Source: Dicyema japonicum (Eukaryota; Animalia; Dicyemida). Taken from it: DNA of 64,000 nt. The stretch is taken from assembly GCA_011109175.1 (NCBI GenBank), contig RDEW01000007.1, positions 1,068,295-1,132,294 on the forward strand, read 5' to 3'. Numbering within the stretch: position 1 is the first letter of the stretch; the number at the start of each line of letters is the position of its first letter. The translations under genes were made by a program, and so were the position numbers. The notes beneath the pieces are model-generated. The model searched no databases. It had not been told where the DNA came from and saw only the letters and a list, made by a program, of their open reading frames with translations. Positions 25,564 through 38,479 of the stretch are shown piece by piece.

Positions 25564-25829
25564 GATCACAAAACCACAATATTTAATTATTTTAAATTTA
25601 TTTTATTTATTCTTTTTTAATAATCTTTATTCCAAATTGGCTTATCCTATTTTTGATGATTTACTGTCAGATACTCCTTCAACTGTATCAAGAATGTAAA
25701 TTTATATAATTGATTAAAGAATTAACGTCATGTGGTTCGCCGTTTCTGGTGACGAAAACTGTGGAATATACTTCACAGACAAAAGAACCATCCTCTACGT
25801 CCAATCCAAGAGGAATGTCCTTCTTGGAC

Positions 25830-27105
25830 GGTCTCCCCACTTCCATATGGAAGCTATCAAACATACGACCAATCCTGAAACCCGGGCTACCAAATGGATC
25901 ACCAGCCTCATACAGACCAATATCTCTCCTATGTGTTACATCAAAACTTTTGGAAAAGCTGATTCCTGAACTAATCAAACCATACCTTCCTGATGCACTT
26001 TTTCAACACGGATTCAGAAAAGGACACTCCACAGAAACGCATCTTAAATGCCTTACAAATTTCATCAAGGATGGACTTAAGCGCAAACCTCATCAGAAGT
26101 CTTTGTTATGCTCCATCGTTATAGAAAAGGCTTTTGATACTTTCCCAAGAAAGCTTTTGACAAGGAAGATCTTTACGTCAAAAATTCCAAACAACCTGAA
26201 AATCTGGATCGCTAATTTCCTAAATGGAAGAAGAGGAAGAGTAACTGCTGGAAAAACTAGATCAGTGACCAAATTCCTTCCAAATGGGGTCCCTCAATGA
26301 TCTCCACTTACACCACACCTATTCAACCTATTCTTGAATGATATGCCCTCCCTTACCAGTGACGATACTCTGGTTCTGACATATGCGGATGATATAATCG
26401 TCGCAGTCAAAGACCAGTGCGTTAATACTTCTGTTTACCGGATACAAGCTTCATTGGACGATCTGAACTGTTGGCTCGTTAAGAACATTCTACATACAAG
26501 TCTCGAAAAGTCTTATACAACAATTTTCACAACAAACAGAAGATTGACAAACTCCGCTCCATGTGTAACCATAAATGGAAACTCAATCCCCACGACCAAC
26601 TCGGTCAAGATATTGGGCGTAACTTACGACCCACTCTTGACCTTCAGCAAACACATCGACAACGTCATCTCTTCGGCACAACGAAAGCTAAATTTTGTTA
26701 AAACACTCCTTGGACAATATAAGGGGTGTTTCAACTCAAATTTGGACTCGCTCTACGTGCAGTATATTCAACCGTCTCTAACTTACGGGTGTGCTGCATG
26801 GGGAACCAACCTATCATACAGGATTATAGAAAAAAATCAATATCTTCCAAAAAATGGCCAGTAAGGCTTTGCAAAGGTTTTCTTGGACACCTCTAAACCC
26901 TACACCCTTTGAGGAATAGTGAGAAAAACCGGAGCCTTACTACCCTCCAAAAAAGTTAGAAACCCCCACCCAATCCGGAAATGCGTTGGAACCCGGGAAG
27001 AACACCGAGCAAGAATGAGATGGCTACTCGAAGCGACCGGAATCACCTGACGGCTATGTAGTTATTTAATTTGTGTGTGATTTTTGGTTTTTAATAATAA
27101 TGATA
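25830..27105 (+). mobile_element. LINE (Jockey/CR1-like) RT and 3' end, decayed
   Basis: SYRPISLL, QHGFR, GVPQ*, YADD, ILGVTYD; ends CVGTREEHRARMRWLLEATGIT. Confidence 0.9.
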
Positions 27106-27109
27106 AACT

Positions 27110-27920
27110 GCAACTTGTATGGTTTTGACCCTAACAACTTCGACTCTTTCGATAACGCTTTACACTACTTCAATGGTGTACTGCGTGAGGGTATGAGGAC
27201 ATTTATCAAAAGAAAGCCAATCCACTTCACGAAGAAGGCCTCCCGCGCATCCGATTCACTTACGAAGGAGAGAAATTGCATAAAAATTCTTTAGAATCAA
27301 TCTTGGAAAAACAGGGAGAGGTTCGAGCCTTGGAAGAGAACAGAAACAAGCCTAAGATGAATCAGGAAAGAGACTGGAAATAACCTTATGTACACCCTAA
27401 ACAAACAGATCTCAATCACGAGGATGTGGAATACTCTTCGGAGCTTCACCAACTTTGTGAGACCGCCTTCTTGCGAAGACCTAGAGAAAAAAAACTTTTT
27501 AAATAAGATCATGAAAGTTTACTCTCTGTGAGCTTCTTCCCTCACCAGAAAATTGAGGGACCTTCCACATCTTCAATAAAACCAAAACTCGACGCAACCA
27601 CGAAAAATCTTTCAATGGTCAGATGGAATCCCTTCTATAGTACTAAAAAAGATAGGCCCCCTAGACCATCTTGGCCTTGACCAGAGTTTACAACCTCTCC
27701 ATCAGTAGGAATTCCAGCCTGAAAATTTGGCATGCAAACTTCCTCAGCAAACGAAGAGGAAAAGTAATTTCACATTCCATATTTTCTATCGCCGGATTCC
27801 TGCCGAATGGGGACCCGCAAGGATTCTCTCTCATCCATTCTCTTTAACCTCTTTATGAGCGACTGACTTCCCACAGCAGCGACTATACTCTGCTCCTTGC
27901 TTATGCTGACGACATAATCC
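27110..27920 (+). mobile_element. decayed LINE fragment (linker/RT)
   Basis: GDPQGFSLSSILFN...YADD-like motifs at ~27808-27915. Confidence 0.55.
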
Positions 27921-28057
27921 TGGCAAAAGGAGGTCTCTGAGTTGTATAATTTATTAAAGATTATTAATTTAATGAAATTAAAAATGAGCCATAATGTACT
28001 ACCAATCAAATACATAAATTTAACTATTAAATAGAGAATTTATTTAACTACAATTCA

Positions 28058-29405
28058 TCAAATGCTCCCAAAAACTAATGACACATTAGACCCACCAAAT
28101 CCAAATGAATTTTTTATTCCAAACCTCCTCCCAGTTTCCGAATGCACATACTTCCAATCCTGTTCCCCATTTGCCACATAATTCAAAACAAACTCGGAAT
28201 CCAAATTCTTTATGTTTATTGAAGGGGGAATCACGCGGGTCTCTAAGGCCTTGACAGCAAATGCCATCTCAATGGCCCCGGCACCCCCCAGCGCATGCCC
28301 AATTGATCCCTTCAAGGCCCAACCTGTAGATTCTTTTCATGTTCTCCAAAGAGTCTTCTAAGAGCCGTGTTTTCAGCCTTGTCCCCCAACGGGGTGGAAG
28401 TTGCGTGAGGGTTCACATAGCCAATGTATTCTGGAGTGATTCCTGCGGTATCCAACGCCTGCTTCATACACCTGTATCCCCCGTCTCCATTAGGAAGAGG
28501 GGCTGTTATATGATGCGCATCTCCCGACATTCCATACCCGAGGATCTCCCCGTATATTTTTGCCCCACGTGACTGAGCCAAGTCCAACCTCTCCAACACG
28601 AGAATTCCAGCACCCTCTGACATGACAAAGCCACATCGAGAGATATCAAAGGGCCGGGATGCGGTCCCAGGAGTTTCGTTAGAGTCAGTGCACAACGCCT
28701 TGGCCCTTGCGAATCCACTCATAGTAAGGGGACATATTGATCCTTCAGTTCCCCCACATACCATTACATCAGCGTCTCCCATTTTAATGGCCAGAAATGC
28801 TTCCCCAATAGAGTGAGTCCCTGTAGAACAGGCAGTTGAGAATGCGTAGTTAGGACCCTAGCTATAGCCTTATGATGGTTACCTTAAGACCAAAGTCAAT
28901 GCTCACGTGCCCGGCTGGGATGTTGTTGAGAATCCGTGTTATGAAAAAGGGACTTATTTTAGACATTCCGTGGTCCCTTAGTAGTTGATCTCCGTGAAGG
29001 AGATCTTCAATTCCTGCGATTCCAGTCCCAATAGAAACCCCGGCTCTGTTTTTTTCTTCCTCTGTTTTAAGGTTTAGCTGGGAGTCCTCGATTGCCTCCA
29101 TGGCTGCTTGAAGGGCAAATACAATCCCACGTGTCTTGGCTGAGTTGGAGGTCTTAGACTTCTTCCAGCAAGCAAAGTCTTCATTGGCCTTATCAACAAG
29201 CCCGGCAATTCGTGATGGAATATTTTCATATGATTTCCCCAATTTTTGTATTCCACAATCTCCTTTCAACAAGCGAGACCAGCTTTTTTCCACTCCCACA
29301 TCTAAGCACGTGACGAGTCCCAGTCCTGTAATTGCCACACGTGGTCCTTGTAATTGTGGTGTGGTGAAGGTTTCTCTTGGTAATCCGAATTAAACGTGCT
29401 GGCAT
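28058..29405 (-). CDS. OXSM: mitochondrial 3-oxoacyl-ACP synthase (KAS)
   Basis: VAITGLG, TACSTGTH (catalytic Cys), NPHATST, KGSIGHALG, NSFGFGG; basic presequence; one 25-nt intron; 1-nt frameshifts. Confidence 0.93.
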
Positions 29406-29693
29406 TTTATAATAATATTAAATTTAAACAAAATAATTATCTTTATTAAAAATTTAAATTAATAATTATCAAATTTTAATTTTTTTCTTAATTTTTCTAA
29501 TTAAAAGATCTTTATTTTAGGTTATTTAATAATATTGTATGTGACAATTTACCTTAAATCAGTTATTAAAATTAACCACGTGGATTAGTATATATTTATG
29601 TTTACACCACATGGTACAATGTCACGCCATCATACTATTGATAATTATAAGATCAGTATTTATATCACTAAACAAAAGCTATCAGTATTATAG

Positions 29694-30420
29694 TGTGCCG
29701 CAGTCTGATAGATTCGCAGTCTGATAGATCCACAGTCTGATAGATCGTCACTGTTCACAGATTGATTTAAAAAATATTAAGAATATTTAAAAACCATTGG
29801 AATTTACAAATTGTATTAATTTAGAAATAAAATATTTTAAAAATTAATTAATTAAATTTACGTTTCGGAATGCGTCTAGTGCAAATTTCAAGAGAAAATC
29901 TTAGAAAACATTAAAAAAATAAAGGAAATGATGAAAGAGGCAAACATCTTAAGACGGGAAAGAGACCGTCTAGCGAAAACAGCCAGAAATTTTATTTTTG
30001 ACGAAGAAGGAACTCTCTATAGGTGCAAAGGCTACAAATTAAGATTCTATTGTGTTAAAGATATTAATTGAAACTCAAAACCATAGAAGTAATTAAATCG
30101 TTTAGATTAATTTTAAGCTGAGATCGTCTTTTCTCTAAAATAAAAACTAAACTACATGGTGTAACGAAGTCTTAAATCGCTGGGAATAATACGAAAGTGT
30201 GTTTTTGTCAATCAAGACGTATCTTGTCGACAAAACAACTGATTACTACCTTAATCGCGATGGGTCTATGAGATCGCTATATTGACGATCTAATATATCT
30301 CAGGAGATACTCGTCTATAAACAACTCCTTTTCTTGGGTATCAAATTTTGTTTCTTATTAAAGATACTGGTTGTGATCGATTCCTTATCAAAATATGCAA
30401 TGATCGAACTCGCAAAAGTA
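29694..30420 (+). mobile_element. integrase-type (Ginger/KRBA2-like) DNA transposon 5' remnant
   Basis: TGT terminus plus three 16-bp-period repeats (cagtctgatagat); CVFCQ zinc motif; RYIDDLIYL...SW|ILVVIDSLSKY rve motif; truncated by a LINE. Confidence 0.65.
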
Positions 30421-30424
30421 AGAC

Positions 30425-32470
30425 CTGGTGTCACCACTGCTCTACACTTGTGTAGAGAAGCCGATGATCATGTGGGACATCGGGAGTGACCATATACCCC
30501 AAGAGATGTTATTGAACCTAGCTCCAGACCCCATGGACTCTGTGTTTATAGGTTACGACCTAACAAGAGTAAACTGGGAGCACTACAGAAGGTACATATC
30601 AAGAAACCTCAAAGACTGGAAAGATAAAGATTATTCCCGAAGTGAAATCGACATCATAGACAATAAACTCTCCATCATGATGGAGACATACTTAATGCTT
30701 TACGCAAAGAGGAGATCCTCAAGTACCAATCATGGAAAGAGTATCAGTCTTTCCAGTTCCACATTATCTTTGATCAATGAAAGGAATCGCCTAAGGACCA
30801 AACTCAGAAGATGTGTGGACTGGATAGACCGGACAATTGAAGATAATCAAGACAGCCATTGAAGAACAATGTTTGAGGGTAGAGGCAAGCAAACTAAGCA
30901 CCAAAGACCCTCGTTCTGGAAGTTCTACAAAAGAATAACTGGCCAGAAAGGAATGACATAAAAATCTCTTGACTAAGCCAGAAGGTGGACTATGTTCTAT
31001 GGAAGAAGCCCAAGATATCTTTAAGAAGCAACTGACTGCATTCAGGGAGTCAACCCGATGGAGCTGATTCCGAGGGAGATGTTAGATTCTTCACGTGAAA
31101 TTTTAATTTACTATTTGGACGATCATGACTGCAATCATGACAAGCAAGGTTAACGCTCCAGGACATGTCCATCTAAGCATGAGATTGTTCAAGGAAGCCC
31201 AGAGGATCTATTTCCCATACTGAAGAATTTATTCAATGCAAGCATTCATGGACATGTCCCAAAACGCTGGAAATCTTCTATAGTAAGAATGATACTGAAA
31301 CCGGAAAATCGAGGAGGGACCCACTCAGCTATAGGCCGATAAGCCTCATCTTTTCGATCTCTAAGATTATCGAACGAATTATCTTCAGAAGGCTTAACGA
31401 CCACATAGAAGAAAGTGGTTTTCTCCTCGCAGAACAATGTGGCTTCAGACCTGGAAAATCATGCACGGATTGCATCTACAGATGCATTTAATGGTATTGA
31501 GAGGTCTGGAATTAAAAACTAGTCAACCTGGTATGTTTGGATCTGTCCAAGGCTTTTGATAGCATGTGGCACGAAGCCCTCCTATCAAGGCTAGCAGCTG
31601 CTGATATTCAAAAGAAACTTTTCATGTGGTTAAAGGACTTCCTAACAAGACGGACTTCCCAAGTACGTGTTGGAGCAAATATGTCAAAAGATTTCATACT
31701 GAAGAGGGGAGTTCCTCAGGGTTATGTCTTGAGCCCACTTCTGTTCTACATATTCTTGTCAGACTTCCCAACTCCACCGGATACGAACACCAGATTATTG
31801 ATATACGCTGATGATATTCTGATCACGGATACATCCGGGAAATCAACTCTCTCGGAAAAAAGAATCAAGTCATTCATTGAACAAGTACAGGACTGGTGCA
31901 CCAAGAGAGGGATGAATGTCTGAGAAGTCCACCTATTTGAGAGTCAGTCGCCTAAGGAGGCATCATACGCATCCCTACTCACTTGACATTCCAAAGTAAA
32001 TTCACTGCGCTACCTCGGGATAGTTATCTACGGGAAAGATTCCTTCATGGAAGACATTAGACGAAGAAGGAAGAAGCCGCTTCAAGCACTTTATGTGCAA
32101 GAAAGTTGTTTGTAAGCTGGAGACCTTCTTGTTCATCTTCATGAGAATCATTCTTCTGGAGCTGCTATATGGATGCGAAGCATGGTTTTTCTCTTGACAA
32201 AGAAAAGAATTATGTTACTTATGGAAAAAACCAGAAGGTTGGCAATAATGTTGGCTTTGGGGAAAAGGCTTTTTGATGTTCTCAGTACTGAAGAAGACAA
32301 GATTCTAACACCGGTCAAATATATTGTAGAGAAAAGGATCAATGGGATCCGACGATAGAAAGAGACTGAATGGAGATGGGGTGCATCGGAAGTGTCCAGG
32401 CCGCATAGGCGGACACGTTTAAATATCCCTTAACTAACTCCTTATTTGCTGTAGAATAAATTAGTTTCGG
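30425..32470 (+). mobile_element. decayed LINE (APE end, RT, 3' end)
   Basis: GSDHIP, SYRPISL, QCGFR, LDLSKAFD, GVPQG, YADD. Confidence 0.9.
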
Positions 32471-32897
32471 TTTAGGTTAAATTGTGATCTTGTGTTTTGC
32501 ATGGACAAGGTAGTGTAGTAGTTAGTGCTGTCGCTCTAATCGCTATTAACTGTGGATGAATTCACATACCGTTACCTACTTGGTTTATAATTTCTTATCC
32601 TCTCTTTGAATTATTCAATTCATGAGAGGCTGCTATTTGCCATGTATGCTTCTATCTTTGGATGTAATGGTAAAATCATCATCTATGATAGAATGAGAGT
32701 TATGGGCGTTTTTGAGATAGCAGTTTGAAAAGTGAGTGAGAAAGAACAGATCCTTGGGCAACTCTGTTGAAGAGGTAACGAGAACGAGCTATATGAGAGT
32801 ATAAACAGGATTGATCCAGTTTCTAGAAAAAGGAAGATCACCTTGAAAGAAAGTGTCAAAGCCAACTAATTAAGTGACCATAGCTACTCTCCATAGT

Positions 32898-33880
32898 CAG
32901 AATGATACTGAAACTGGGAAAATCGAGGAGGGACTTACTCAGCTATAGGCCGATAAGCCTCATCTGTTCGATCTCTAAGATTATCGAACGAATTATCTTC
33001 AGAAGGCTTAACGACCACATAGAAGAAAGTGGTTTTCTCCTCGCAGAACAATGTGGCTTCAGACCTGGAAAATCATGCACGGATTGCATCTACAAGATTC
33101 ATTTAATGGTATTGAGAGGTCTGGAATTAAAAAAAGACTAGTCAACTATGTCTTGAGCCCACTTCTGTTCTACATATTCTTGTCAGACTTCCCAACTCCA
33201 CCGGATCCGAACACCAGATTATTGATATTCGCTGATGATTTTCTGATCACGATACATCCGGGAAATCAACTCTCTCGGAAAAAAGAATCAAGTCATTCAT
33301 TGAACAAGTACAGGACTGGTGCACCAAGAGAGGGATGAAACTGTCCACTGAGAAGTCCAGCTATTTAGAGTCAGTCGCCTAAGGAGGCATCATACGCAGC
33401 CCTACTCACTTGACATTCCAAAAGTAAATTCACTGCGCTACCTCGGGATAGTAATCGACGGGAAAAGTTCCTTCATGGAGGACATTAGACAAAGAAGGAA
33501 AAAGCGCTTCAAGCACTTTTATGTACAAGAAAGTTGCTCGTAAGCTTGGAGACCTTCTTGTTCATCTTCATGAGAATCATTTTTCCAGAGCTGCTGTATG
33601 GATGCGAAGCATGGTTTTTTCTCTTGCCAAAAAAAAGAATTATGTTACTTATGGAAAAATTAGAAGGTCGTCAATAAAGTTGGCTTTGGGAAAAGGCTTT
33701 TTGATGTCTCAGTGAAGAAGACAAGATTCTAACACCGGTCAAATATATTGTAGAGAAAAGGATCGATAGGATCCGACGATAGAAGAGACTAAATGGAGAC
33801 GGGGTGCATCGGAAGTGTCTAGGCCGCATAGGCGGACACGTTTAAATATCCCTTAACTAACTCCTTATTTACTGTTGAAT
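32898..33880 (+). mobile_element. second, internally deleted copy of the 31288-32460 LINE segment
   Basis: Near-identical sequence lacking ~31528-31722. Confidence 0.9.
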
Positions 33881-34183
33881 ACATTTTTCATCTCACCACC
33901 TTTCGGAAGTGTTTTCTCTAATTTCCGCAGAGTAATTCGATCCGGGTATTTTTTATGACTTGTCAGGATTTCATCGTATAGATAACACCTTCTCAAATGG
34001 GCTTTGTGTCTCTTAGTCGAAACGCAAGAAATCTCTGCCATTGATCCTGATCAACCCCACTAAAAAAGAACGAGTGCCAAGCTACAATTCCCAGGTAGTT
34101 GTTATAGATGATTATTTTTATGTTGGCTAATAATAAAATTATTTTTATTTAATTAATAATTTTGAATTGATTACTTTATACTA

Positions 34184-35302
34184 ATGCTGGTTTCTGCGGT
34201 TGTAGTTAATGTTATATTTCTCCTTCATACAACACTAAACTATAACTATGTATTATTTCAACCTCTAAATGGTGACAAATACGTCAACTCATTCGAAAAT
34301 GCATGTTCTTCCTCAGCCAACATTGTCGTCGATTTGGGCACAGTAAGCTTAAATAAAACTATAGCTTTCATCCTCTGATCTCCTTGTAAGTAGACAGGAC
34401 ACATTTCTCTACAAAATTAAACAGTTAATGAAAAATTCGATCCTTCATTGAGGAGACCAGTCCAATTCAGTGTACTCGGTCTATCAATGTTGACAAAGAG
34501 ACTGCGCTTCAGCGTTACTTGAGTGACCCCAACAGCACTTTGACTGTTATTTACGAAAATGACGTAATAATTCTATTTATTTCAGGACATCGTGGCTCTA
34601 TCCCTTAGGGATGTTGTCAGTCAGCCTATCTCCACAAAATGCATACTTCTCTATTTCAAGAACCCAAGTGTATGGTCTTCAGGGTTCACCGAGACTCCGC
34701 TCGTACTGCAAAGCACCTCCGAAGAATCTAAGAGTGACTGTGCTACGGTCAAAGTAATCTTAAAAATTCACTTTAGTTTAAACATGAACTTTGTCCCTTC
34801 GTCTTCCACCCCTTTTTCACCAATTTCCAATGTTAAGTTTGTGTATGATCTCACAAATTAGCTTTACTTTGAGAGAAATCACAGCGTTCACGTGGCAAAG
34901 TTAGCATAGTGACTCTAATTATCGTGGACGCAAACGGGAAGAAGACCGCCAGTGCCTCCCCCATAGATGTTTCTACCCGGAACGGAATGGCCTATTTTGT
35001 CCTAACATGGAATTCACGGTTTATGCCAGTGATACTTCATACACTGTGTCCTTCGACCACTTTGAGGTCAGAGGTGATTTGATTTGCTGTAGATTCAGAC
35101 TCCTGGAAATAATGCCGTGTTTTACGAGGCCAGGGACTGCAGAGGGTTCATTTCTATCCCCATTTTAATGGGATACACAGTTTTCCTGATCCTCGGGTTT
35201 TTCACAGTGGTAGCTGTTTGGATGTTGTCTTCTATGCAGACGATTGAACGATTTGATGATGCAAAGAAACCAACTCTATATATCCCCACCCAGGAGATTT
35301 AA
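34184..35302 (+). CDS. ATP6AP1: V-ATPase accessory subunit S1 (Ac45)
   Basis: N-terminal hydrophobic signal; C-terminal DCRGFISIPILMG-TM-MQTIERFDDAK matches the Ac45/VOA1 TM motif; micro-introns; internal frame not fully resolved. Confidence 0.8.
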
Positions 35303-35651
35303 TTAGAGTTATAATTTAACTAATATTTATTAACGATTCTTAAATTGTTATCTTCACTGATGTCAATAATAATTATGATTCAGTTTTAACAATTTGGATC
35401 AGATGGCATTTTAACCCATTGTGCATCCGGTGGTTCTTTATTTCAAAATTTAAGGTTACCAGAAGAGAGGTTATGTGCTAGGGATATGTCAAAGTAAACC
35501 TAACTTATGATTACGTTAAGATAATTGAATTTTATGGGCATTTTTATATAAATGGAGTATTTGGCTTTTTAATTGGAAACAGGAAATTCCAAAGAAATAT
35601 TTTCTTTAGAAGGATAATTATCATCTCAGCTAATTTTATTGGTGATGGATG

Positions 35652-36151
35652 ACTAATAATAATAACAGCCTTTTCATGAGAGCCATAATATTTATAGCTC
35701 CGCATAGGCAGGACATAATACGAATGGAAATGGCGGACGACCTGGACTACCTAAGAGAACTAGTGCGGCAACAGAAGATCATGGTCGAAGCTAACGGAAA
35801 GGATGGTTCGGAATACGGCACAAGGGAAACTTAACTAATTTTATGTTTTCTCGGGAGTGCTTTTTAATAATAATAATAATAGGCAGGACACTTTATTTAA
35901 GTAAAGAACAGTTTAATTTTAACTAATCGTAGAACCAAAAATGATATTCACTTCTTTCTTTCTTTTTCTTTTGTGTTGGTCCTTTCTAGACAATCTAGTT
36001 CCGCAGTGAGTATCCACTGATGACGAAATCAACTCGTCAAGCCCTATTGCATCGTAGATGCGTGGAACCTTCCACCAGGTGAACAGCAGCGAGAATCGAA
36101 TCCGTAACCTAAGTCACTTTAGCCCGACACCTAACCACCATGTTACCCGGC
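35652..36151 (-). mobile_element. full-length tRNA-derived SINE interrupted by a LINE 3' end
   Basis: Head at 36151, body to 35881, tail 35652-35715. Confidence 0.88.
35716..35878 (+). mobile_element. 5'-truncated RTE-like LINE with 12-bp TSD
   Basis: (TAA)n tail; ataggcaggaca duplicated at 35704-35715 and 35879-35890. Confidence 0.8.
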
Positions 36152-36509
36152 TTAGGGATCAGTTGTCAATAAGCTAGGTACTCAGCTCTTAGTTCAAATT
36201 CAAAGGCTTCGAATCAAAAGTTATAGTGTCAAAAAAAGTCAAAATTTAATTTTTTAGGTCAATAAAGTCAATTTTTTTAGTGATTTTTATTTATTAATTT
36301 TTTGAGTTTTTAAATAAAATACTAATGTGTCATCAACTGTTATGCCGCATTCAAATCAGGAAGGTCGTTGAAAAAGACTAAGACTGTTATTAGAAAATAT
36401 CCTGGTGAATTTTTTTTATCAACTCACGAATTTTTCTAAAAACAGCTTTTTATTGAGTCTTTTGTCTAAGAAACATTTCAAACAAACAAGTTTATCATTT
36501 TTATTAGTA

Positions 36510-37590
36510 CAGTGCGACCCCGAATTGGGGAAAAATTTCCCTAATTTTGAGGTTTTCCCAAAAAAAATGGCTTTCCTTAAATTTCGGTATCCCCTGTTCG
36601 ATGTCCTACCATAATAATATAACCAAGACGGATAATTACAATTTTTATTTTTAATAAAAAATCTGTTAGTTTTAATCGTGTGTTTTGTTTTTTGCATCGA
36701 ACCCATAATTATTTGCTTTGAATCTGTATAGATCAAAGACATATTCCAGATTCTCTTGCTTCATAGCATTTAGCTGCATTGTGAATGCGCATTCCGCATT
36801 GTTTATAACGTGTTGATCATCCAAATGTTCCAGAAATTGTTCGCTGCAGAAGCTCTCCAAATTCGCATTTTCCACAATATACGAATCAATCAGACTGTCT
36901 CGGGTGTCCTTTTTTTCCCGACAGTCATATTCCAAAGCCTTTTCAAAGCAATGTTGTATTGAAGTTTCTGTAATCTCACCCCATGCATATTTCAAACATG
37001 AAATATCATCCAATATTGTGATTCCCTTTATTGCTTCATCTATTTGAGCTACAGGATTTTTTTCATAGATAATCGTTTTCATCATCCAATTATTGAAAAA
37101 AATTCTTAAATATTTGTATTATCCTTGGTCACATGGCTGAATTAAGGAAGTTGTGTTTTTTGGAAAAAAATATTACGTCGACGTTTGAATATTGGGCAGA
37201 AACAGCATGACAAGTTGCATTATCAATTAATAATGCTATTTTTTCTTTTCTCCCTCATTTCCTCGCTAAATCGAGATAACGAATTTTCAAAAATATTTTT
37301 TGTCATCCAGGCTTTGCATAAAACATTCAATGCCGATTTCTTTCAGATTCACACCTTTTAATACTCTTGGTGACTTTGCACGCCCAATTATAAGTGGTTT
37401 ATATTTTTCTCTTGGCAAAACAGGTTAAAATAAATAATAATAAATTAAAAATTACAGAAATATATATTGAATCGTTTATGATAAAATTTTTACCAATAGG
37501 GGTTTATTTCTTTAAAAATCATCGTTCTTTATAGGGATTGCGAAAATATTTTTCCAAAAGAGAAAGTTTCCCCAACTCGGGTTCGCATTG
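36510..37590 (-). mobile_element. pogo/Tigger (DDE_1) internally deleted transposon
   Basis: TIRs CAGTGCGACCCCGAATTGGGGAAA and CAATGCGAACCCGAGTTGGGGAAA, each flanked by TA; KPLIIG, LLIDNATCH, PKNTTSLIQPCDQG, AWGEITETSIQHCF motifs. Confidence 0.92.
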
Positions 37591-37927
37591 TATCTGGAAT
37601 CTAAATTTTCTGTTAATAAGTTTTTTTCTATTTAAAAAAAATGGAAAAACAACATATTTCTTAATGCATTTGAAAAATATCCTTCCACATTATTTATTCA
37701 GAAAAGATTTGTATTATTGATAAAATTATTATCTAAAGACCGAAATTTCTAACCTGAAAAAGTTTATAATTACATTATTCTTTATTTTAATAAAGTTTAG
37801 ATTAGTTTTTTTATATTAAAAAATTTTTTTTCAATATCAAAAAAGTTTAGATATGCTTAATCAAGTACAGGTAAGTAATAAAGGCATTATTCCACTATTT
37901 TTTTAAGCGATTATAAATTTTCGAAAT

Positions 37928-38134
37928 TTAGTTTTTTTCAATAGTGGAGGACACGGCCGACATTATTGACGTTGCGTTGCCTCTCACGATTGCAACAAAG
38001 ATTAACTGGAGAAGCCACTGGGTCACACGTGCGTCGTGGCTTTTTAGTGTAGTTAGGCGTTCAAGTTTCTTTAGGAAGCGAAGCGATTTTCCTTCTCCAG
38101 TTGATCTCTGTTGCAATCGTGAGACGCAACGCAA
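37928..38134 (-). mobile_element. CRE/NeSL-like non-LTR 3' end
   Basis: FLKKL...WLLQLIFVAIVRGNA, homologous to the end of 47311-47625. Confidence 0.65.
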
Positions 38135-38479
38135 CTTTGATAATGTCGGCGGGCTCCACTTTGGATGGTTGACTGTGTTAATTAAATTACATTATGGATT
38201 TAATAAATTTTTGAATACTGGAGGTAAGATTATGCAAATATAATAAAAGTCACCTTCAAAGAGTGATATTTGGACACTACGAAGAATAATTGATGGATTA
38301 TAATGAGGGAATAATATATTAACAATTTGTTGATTCTGTTGACAACTTTATTTTATGGGCAACTATACCACGTGGCGCCAAAGTTAGTGTGGTGCTATGT
38401 TATTATTTGTTTGATTCTTCTGTTCTTCCTCTTCCCTTTTGGCTCTAGAGAGCTTCAATTGTTAGCGTGCGTCATGTGG

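Noticed and set aside
28312-28322. Programmed frameshift or pseudogenisation of OXSM (similar shifts in TAF2 and the ankyrin gene)
   Set aside because: Single-base changes in homopolymers of otherwise intact conserved genes are best explained as long-read consensus errors.
28058-29405. Bacterial fabF by horizontal transfer or contamination
   Set aside because: It has a mitochondrial-type presequence and a spliceosomal micro-intron, consistent with ordinary OXSM.
36015-36045. Hammerhead ribozyme (CTGATGA...) in the SINE antisense strand
   Set aside because: No stem II followed by GAAA in the consensus (it reads gtcaaac); the same applies to ctgagga near 57808.
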